NCBI GenBank assembly: GCA_902780395.1
Contig: CACZFH010000005.1
Span: 1,557-65,556 of the forward strand
Origin: an uncultured Erysipelotrichaceae bacterium
GTDB taxonomy: Bacteria; Bacillota_I; Bacilli_A; RF39; UBA660
Length of the DNA: 64,000 nucleotides
Direction of reading: 5' to 3'
The translations under genes and the position numbers were made by a program. This document shows, piece by piece, positions 59,128 through 64,000 of this stretch (position 1 is its first letter; each line of letters opens with the position of its first letter). The notes under the pieces are model-generated. The model searched no databases and was not told the origin of the DNA. It saw only the letters and a list, made by a program, of their open reading frames with translations.

Positions 59128-60141
59128 TTAGCTTACCTCAACATAATTTTCATCATACTTTTCATAGATATAAGATGTTTGATTACTTCCCTTAATATGA
59201 TAAAAATTACATATCTCCGTATTTTTCAAGCAAGCTTTAGTCACTGTATAAACTATAGAGTCAGAAGACTTAACAGTCCCATCTATATTCAAAGTAAAAC
59301 GATCTAGAATAACAGGATTAACAAAATCTAACCTATCATCCGAATCTGTAAAGTATGTTTCAAGATTAAAATTTCTATAGACTATTGGTTTTTCTCCCGC
59401 CATAAAAGAATTCTTACGATGTGCAAAAACATAATGCCCTTTTTTATCATAATGAATGATTTTTATAACTTGAGTCTTCGTTGTGATAATTTGATTATGT
59501 TTATTATATGAATACTTTTCTTTATATTGCTTGTCTTCATTGCTTGAATACATATAGCCATCATCTTTAAAGACAATATCTCCCTCTGCTGGTTGAAAAT
59601 TAGAAAAAGAAACATTAACAAACTCAGGATAAGAAACAGATTTAGTTAAATAAAAACCATAACCTATAAAAATTAAGGATACACTCAATATAACAAAAAC
59701 TATTTTATAAGAAAAAGAAATATGACAATCTTCTTTCTTTTTTTTCTGGAACAAAATTACTAACAAATAAATCGCAATGATATTAGCAAAAATAAGCAAT
59801 ATGCAGATAAAATCTTTCATATATTGCTTAAAAGATAATAAATTAATAACTAATAATCCTATTACTGGTGAAAAAGTACTAAGAATAGCTAAAATCGACA
59901 CAATATTTTTATCTTTTGTAAGTGCATCCACACTAACTGCAAAAGACCATAAGAAAATAGGAATTGCAAAAATAAAAAAGTAGATATAAAACAAAAATAA
60001 TAAAGAATAAAAAAAATCCGTACCTTCAAAGAAAATACCTAATAAAATAAATAATATAGGAGTTAACCCTAAAATAATTCCTAATATTCCCTTTTCTTTA
60101 CTCTCCTTTACTAGTTCTGATTTAGCTTTTTCTGGATTCAT
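59128..60141 (-). CDS. Membrane protein with C-terminal soluble domain
   Basis: 337 aa. About 6 TM helices in the first 170 aa, then a beta-rich domain. No family recognised. Confidence 0.55.
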   Translation of the reverse strand: MNPEKAKSELVKESKEKGILGIILGLTPILFILLGIFFEGTDFFYSLLFLFYIYFFIFAIPIFLWSFAVSVDALTKDKNIVSILAILSTFSPVIGLLVINLLSFKQYMKDFICILLIFANIIAIYLLVILFQKKKKEDCHISFSYKIVFVILSVSLIFIGYGFYLTKSVSYPEFVNVSFSNFQPAEGDIVFKDDGYMYSSNEDKQYKEKYSYNKHNQIITTKTQVIKIIHYDKKGHYVFAHRKNSFMAGEKPIVYRNFNLETYFTDSDDRLDFVNPVILDRFTLNIDGTVKSSDSIVYTVTKACLKNTEICNFYHIKGSNQTSYIYEKYDENYVEVS

Positions 60142-60156
60142 ATCAACACCTTCTTT

Positions 60157-60450
60157 TTATTCATATTCATAAATAGTATTTTTATTATACACAATGACCT
60201 GAGGAACTTTTCCTTTAGAGAACTCTACAAATGTATCCGTAATTTCTCCTTGAACATAATCATGTAATTGTTGGATAATTAATGCTTCTACCTCATTAGA
60301 TGTAATAGCTTCTTGTCCCTCTTCAGCCAAAATATTTACTTTATTTTCATATATTTTTAAATCTTTTGTTATCTGGTATTTTTCATAGTTTTTAGAAGAG
60401 ATACTAATATTAACCATTTTAGATTTAGGAACGATTGTTAAATTATCCAT
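60157..60450 (-). CDS. Small soluble protein upstream of the membrane protein
   Basis: Track ORF is 60157..60459. ATG 60450 follows an AAGGTG RBS. 97 aa. Promoter ATGACA-18-TATAAT with a TG extension at about 60490-60518. Confidence 0.5.
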   Translation of the reverse strand: MDNLTIVPKSKMVNISISSKNYEKYQITKDLKIYENKVNILAEEGQEAITSNEVEALIIQQLHDYVQGEITDTFVEFSKGKVPQVIVYNKNTIYEYE

Positions 60451-60616
60451 TTTTAACACCTTGTTTTTAGTTTTACTTCTAATTTAATTATATCATATTT
60501 TTGGAATTGCTGTCATGAACTATTATGCGTTTAAGTTTGGCACTTTTTCGTCAATGGTTTTGTTAAATCATTATACTTTCTCTCTTTTATTATTTCTTTT
60601 TCACTTCTTATCCATG

Positions 60617-60680
60617 GCTGATGGTATCTAAAAAGGTATCTAAAATACTTTTTTAATGCTTTTTCGCAATTTTTTAGTAA
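60617..60680. repeat. Conserved intergenic element, copy E2
   Basis: GCTGATGGTATCTAAAAAGGTATCTAAAATACTTTTTTAATGCTTTTTCGCAATTTTTTAGTAA. Two direct GGTATCTAAAA units 12 bp apart. About 105 bp upstream of the -35 of the 97-aa/337-aa operon. Confidence 0.7.
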
Positions 60681-60684
60681 GTTT

Positions 60685-61608
60685 TTATATTTGTCCATTA
60701 TATTTATACAATTTTTTTACTATTGGTGAATATTCTACTTTTGATAAATCTTTTGACTTTTTTTCAGCAATATACTTTGTTAAATACATACTTTGTATAA
60801 GCATCTGGTAATCATTTAATATTTGATCTTCAAATTTTGAATCAATAATGACAATTCTACTATAATAATGTTTTAGTTCCTCTAACATCATTCTATCAAA
60901 TTCAGTATTCCTATTATAATAAATTGCTATACCATTATAATTAATACCAAGTGTACTTCTTCCATGGCAATAAGAATACTTATCATGAACTATTGGTATT
61001 CCAATTCCAGATTCAACCATAGTTGATTCTAAGTATTTTGATGCTGTGCTTGTATCATAGCCACTAAATATTTCATAGACGTCACTTTCTAAATCAAAAT
61101 TGAATGGTGATTCTTCTATACAATCTAATATTAGACTATCTTGTCCATTCAAATAATAATTTATTAATATACTTACTGGAATTAATGTTGCACCAAGTGA
61201 TATAAAACTTCTTTCTTTATCAATAGTAGTATTATATTTTAAATATGTTACATCACTATCATCAAACGAATTATTGGATAGCAAATATTTTCTCAATCCT
61301 TTTAAAAATGATAATTCTACTTCATAATTATTTCCACTATAGCTACATGCTACTACATTTCTAAATGTGTCATTATTTCGATATAAAAAATCTCTTGGTT
61401 CACTATTTATTGAAATGATACCATTTTTAGCATTAATAACCTTAGCTCCAAATTCACTTACTACACTTGATCCTCCAACACCACTAAATAATGTTGGCTC
61501 ATCCAATTTAGATAATTCATTTCTAATAAACTCTAAATCAGTATTATCTAATGAATCAACTACCCTTTCTTTTAAAAAATCAAAATTTGTTTTCATGTCC
61601 TTTTCCAT
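60685..61608 (-). CDS. Hypothetical protein partnered with WYL regulator (weak SIS-like G-x-G-x-S motif)
   Basis: Track ORF is 60685..61626. ATG 61608 follows an AGGAGA RBS. 307 aa. LFSGVGGSSVVSEFGAKV loosely recalls a SIS phosphosugar-binding loop. Otherwise an orphan. Confidence 0.5.
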   Translation of the reverse strand: MEKDMKTNFDFLKERVVDSLDNTDLEFIRNELSKLDEPTLFSGVGGSSVVSEFGAKVINAKNGIISINSEPRDFLYRNNDTFRNVVACSYSGNNYEVELSFLKGLRKYLLSNNSFDDSDVTYLKYNTTIDKERSFISLGATLIPVSILINYYLNGQDSLILDCIEESPFNFDLESDVYEIFSGYDTSTASKYLESTMVESGIGIPIVHDKYSYCHGRSTLGINYNGIAIYYNRNTEFDRMMLEELKHYYSRIVIIDSKFEDQILNDYQMLIQSMYLTKYIAEKKSKDLSKVEYSPIVKKLYKYNGQI

Positions 61609-61660
61609 AAAAAAATCTCCTTTCAAGTTAAATATAACTCAAAAGGAGGAAGTATTTCGT

Positions 61661-62263
61661 CTACTCATACTTTTCATTTAATAATTCATATTTTATTATT
61701 CTCTTTAACTCAAAATGTCTAATGTCTTGCTTCTTTTCACAAAATGCTGCGCAATACCAACCATATTGAAATAAAAACATTTCTGCTGGATCTATTACTC
61801 TTTCGTTTTCACCTTTACCATAAGAGTAATATAATATTTTAACTTTCCTCTTTTCTTTTATAGCTCTTGTTAATAAATTATATTTCTTATCTGTTTCATC
61901 TTTTAAATTTAATTCCTTTTCTTCTTGTTTACTTCCTATATATACACCTTTAATTTTATCTTGAAGCAGTATAAGTTCATCTTTTATGTCTTTAGCTTTT
62001 TCATTAGCAATATATCTATCTAATAATTTGGCATCTTTCATTTTGAATTTTCTAACAGGCATACGAACTGATTGGTTTAATACATATCCACCATATGGTC
62101 CCATTATTGTATCAATGTATATTCCTGCTTTTTCTAAATCTTCTTTATATGCTCTAATCATTCTCTCAGAAACTTCAAGTTTATTAGAAAGTTCATTTAT
62201 GCTATATTTTCTTCCGGACTGTAATAACTGGAGCATCGTTAATACGTTGGATATTTTAGACAT
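61661..62263 (-). CDS. WYL-domain transcriptional regulator (HTH + WYL)
   Basis: Track start is 62305; ATG 62263 follows a GGTGG RBS. N-terminal HTH (NVLTMLQLLQSGRKYSINELSNKLEVSERMIRAYKEDL) and a C-terminal WYL-type segment (VIDPAEMFLFQYGWYCAAFCEKKQDIRHFELKRI). Confidence 0.8.
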   Translation of the reverse strand: MSKISNVLTMLQLLQSGRKYSINELSNKLEVSERMIRAYKEDLEKAGIYIDTIMGPYGGYVLNQSVRMPVRKFKMKDAKLLDRYIANEKAKDIKDELILLQDKIKGVYIGSKQEEKELNLKDETDKKYNLLTRAIKEKRKVKILYYSYGKGENERVIDPAEMFLFQYGWYCAAFCEKKQDIRHFELKRIIKYELLNEKYE

Positions 62264-62307
62264 AAAACCACCCATATAAATTATATCACATTTTTTATCT
62301 TTCAAAA

Positions 62308-62366
62308 ATACCTATGAAAGGGTATCTAAAGTGAAATTTTAGTAATTTTTCGCAATTTTTTAGCAA
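62308..62366. repeat. Conserved intergenic element, copy E3
   Basis: ATACC-N8-GGTATCTAAAGTGAAATTTTAGTAATTTTTCGCAATTTTTTAGCAA. Shares GGTATCTAAA (10/10) and TTTTTCGCAATTTTTTAG (18/18) with E2. Abuts the TGaTATAAT promoter (62280-62288) of the WYL gene. Confidence 0.7.
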
Positions 62367-62413
62367 AGAAAAAACTTGCTTTTCCCTCCCTTATTTTATG
62401 CCGGTTTGCGAGT

Positions 62414-62554
62414 TTATTTGCCGTAGCACTGCTTATATTTCTTGCCCGATCCACATGCGGGCCAAATTAGTATATTATCCATACTTATAATATTATGAGT
62501 ATTTCCTTTATTTTCAAGGGTTTGTGGACAGGTAACTTTTTGTATTTTAAATAT
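62414..62554 (-). pseudogene. Relic encoding a degenerate SEC-C metal-binding motif
   Basis: The minus frame reads ...SMDNILIWPACGSGKKYKQCYGK* (stop 62414-62416). Compare the SEC-C consensus CPCGSGKKYKxCCG. Two of the four Zn ligands are lost, there is no RBS, and only 46 open codons remain. This accounts for the locally GC-rich patch. Confidence 0.4.
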
Positions 62555-62561
62555 TCATCTA

Positions 62562-62583
62562 ATGTGCACAAAATGTGCACAAA
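62562..62583. promoter_or_regulatory. Perfect tandem duplication of an 11-mer containing the palindrome TGTGCACA
   Basis: ATGTGCACAAA ATGTGCACAAA. Each unit holds an 8-bp palindrome. Located in the intergenic region between the HNH-like gene and the WYL locus. Confidence 0.35.
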
Positions 62584-62660
62584 TTTCTAGCATATCCTAT
62601 TTTTCTTTGTCACATACATTGTATTATAGATAGTATAAATAATCAATAATATTGATTTGA

Positions 62661-63254
62661 TTATAATTTGTTATATACTTTTTTTACAATTTGTCTATCC
62701 CAACCTATTGAAAGTCTTTCTTTATTAATAAAAAGTTTTAATAACGGTTTTTCTTCAACTATATTTAAAAAATATTTAAGAATATAAACATAATCATCAA
62801 AATTATTTTCAATTAAACTATATATTTTAATTAAATGAGGCTGTTTAAATTCATAGCCATTATAATAATCATTTATTTGAGGACACAAGAAATTTACTGC
62901 TCCACCTATTCCTTGTAATTCCATCTTATTAGCATCTTTATTTTTGGGTTCTTCAACAATTTTAACATGTAGTATTAAGTGTTCTAATGCATTACAATAA
63001 ACTAGTCTATCCGCTTTTTGATATTCAAATGGATTATTAGGAGCAAATTTATCATTACTTAACATGATTGCTTTGTCTTCATCAATATGATGGCAATAGA
63101 GTCCTTCACTTGTTCTAGAAACTTTTGAATTTTTTGATTTGCATGATTCTGTACAGAAGTAATCATACTTTGCCGGTCCATACTTTTTTAGTAAATACTC
63201 AACTAATTCGCTATATGTCATATCTAATTGTTTTTTTATCTCAATACTTTCCAT
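62661..63254 (-). CDS. Hypothetical protein with HNH-like His/Asn pattern
   Basis: 197 aa. GLYCHHIDEDK...NNPFEYQKADRLVYCNALEHLILH loosely fits an HNH beta-beta-alpha pattern (HH...N...H). Low confidence. Confidence 0.35.
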   Translation of the reverse strand: MESIEIKKQLDMTYSELVEYLLKKYGPAKYDYFCTESCKSKNSKVSRTSEGLYCHHIDEDKAIMLSNDKFAPNNPFEYQKADRLVYCNALEHLILHVKIVEEPKNKDANKMELQGIGGAVNFLCPQINDYYNGYEFKQPHLIKIYSLIENNFDDYVYILKYFLNIVEEKPLLKLFINKERLSIGWDRQIVKKVYNKL

Positions 63255-63265
63255 TTTTTCACCTC

Positions 63266-63991
63266 TTATTTGTTTATTGTTTTAATTATCTCTTCACCAT
63301 GAGTTTTAATCTTAATTGCTGTTAGTATATTAGCATTTTTAAGTTCTTCAACTGTTTTAGGCCTCAATTCAACTAATTTATCTAATTCTTCATTTGTAAA
63401 TACATAGTACGCAGGAATATTCATTTCATTTGATCTGTTTTTTCTAAATTCAATTAATTTATCTTTTAAATCATCTTTTATTGAAATACTAATATTATTG
63501 CAATATTTTTCTTTGTAATAATCATAATAGTTAATTTCCTCCTTAGCAGATAAATCAACATATGATTGAGCCATTTCTTCCATACCTTTTTTAGATTCAA
63601 GATATTCATCATTACCTCTATGATCTATATCATATTCAATTTGTCTAATTAAAGCATCTGCTCTTAGTATTTTATATTTCATCTCTTTTGGAGCTCTGTT
63701 TGTGTTTAATATAGTATCTTGATTAGCTGCTACAACCAATATTCTTCTATAATAATCAAAATTCTTTGAGGCAAAGAACTTCTTAATAGCTGACGAATTG
63801 CTTTCCCATATTTTTCTAATTACTTCTCTTTGAGCCTCAACTTGCCTTAAAGGAGAATACATTCCCTTTTTTATCTTCTTACCATTAATACTAAATTCTC
63901 TAATAAAATCTCCTTTATCAGTTACAGTGATATTACCAACCAAATTTTTGCATTCAACATAATAAGTATATACTGGAGTAATAATTACATG
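63266..63991 (-). CDS. NERD-domain protein with C-terminal HRDC-like helical domain; N-terminus interrupted at window edge
   Basis: The frame is open from 63991 (HVIITPVYTYYVECKNLVGNITV is the NERD core, cf. viE.Kn..G.i). It is preceded by an in-frame TAG at 63992-63994. The C-terminus IEFRKNRSNEMNIPAYYVFTNEELDKLVELRPKTVEELKN is HRDC-like. Confidence 0.6.
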   Translation of the reverse strand, partial: HVIITPVYTYYVECKNLVGNITVTDKGDFIREFSINGKKIKKGMYSPLRQVEAQREVIRKIWESNSSAIKKFFASKNFDYYRRILVVAANQDTILNTNRAPKEMKYKILRADALIRQIEYDIDHRGNDEYLESKKGMEEMAQSYVDLSAKEEINYYDYYKEKYCNNISISIKDDLKDKLIEFRKNRSNEMNIPAYYVFTNEELDKLVELRPKTVEELKNANILTAIKIKTHGEEIIKTINK

Positions 63992-64000
63992 CTATTTCAT

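Noticed and set aside
62398-62490. The GC-rich patch considered as a tRNA fragment/att site, as a riboswitch, or as a plus-strand 30-aa Cys-rich peptide (MPVCEFICRSTAYISCPIHMRAKLVYYPYL).
   Set aside because: No cloverleaf or T-loop can be drawn. The plus-strand ORF has no RBS (an anti-SD CCCTCCC precedes it). The minus-strand SEC-C motif reading explains the composition much better.
3678-63325. About 40 plus-strand ORFs of 60-160 aa in the track (e.g. 3678..3986, 4134..4463, 14351..14713, 24179..24655, 54787..55035, 61367..61681) that lie antisense to confident minus-strand genes.
   Set aside because: All are fully embedded opposite well-supported genes. They are rich in S/F/L/I, as expected for shadow frames of AT-rich coding DNA. 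They lack RBSs and recognisable motifs.
1-64000. Alternative genetic code (TGA=Trp, Mollicutes-like), given the very low GC.
   Set aside because: prfB is present with a TGA-dependent frameshift. Several genes terminate at TGA (for example the 174-aa ORF at 32693). No conserved gene needs TGA read-through.

Overview
AT-rich, low-GC Firmicutes-type chromosomal segment. It carries spo0A, so the lineage is or was a spore-former. About 57 of roughly 60 genes are on the minus strand, which fits one leading-strand replichore. From memory, the core gene order parallels the Bacillus subtilis gap-pgk-tpi / clpP / yvcK-whiA / lgt / uvrBA / ftsEX / prfB / trxB region. Confident core calls: dinB, spo0A, tpiA, pgk, gap, clpP, whiA, yvcK, lgt, uvrA, uvrB, ftsE, ftsX with an M23 coiled-coil hydrolase, two YitT paralogues, prfB (its +1 programmed frameshift is missed by the ORF track), a PPi-type phosphofructokinase, rdgB, a T-box-controlled proS lacking the INS editing domain, and a gpx-ohrR-trxA-trxB redox operon. 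Two accessory stretches interrupt this core. (1) About 35.5-53.7 kb holds orphan genes: a secreted double LamG-like protein, a 907-aa orphan, and a 2235-aa cytoplasmic giant built from helical repeats that ends in a type-II PI4-kinase-like catalytic motif. The giant is translationally coupled to a 64-aa ORF, and a metallophosphoesterase lies next downstream. (2) About 56-64 kb looks like a defence/toxin-type island: a thermolysin-motif zincin, a stand-alone papain-fold (glutamine-deamidase-like) protein, a small protein plus membrane protein pair, a WYL-domain regulator with a 313-aa partner, a decayed SEC-C motif relic, an HNH-like protein and a NERD/HRDC-like protein. My best candidate for an undescribed system is the WYL-linked locus at 58.2-62.4 kb. 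Three consecutive minus-strand transcription units there each carry a copy of the same conserved GGTATCT-containing upstream element. The second candidate is the giant-protein cluster at 39-50 kb. Other observations: a glycolipid module translationally coupled inside the pgk-tpiA operon; a homopolymer frameshift in a small gene between uvrA and uvrB; an IS30 transposase relic; 69-bp coding tandem repeats; and several rho-independent terminators. No rRNA or tRNA genes or CRISPR arrays were seen. All family assignments rest on motif recognition by eye, with no searches run.
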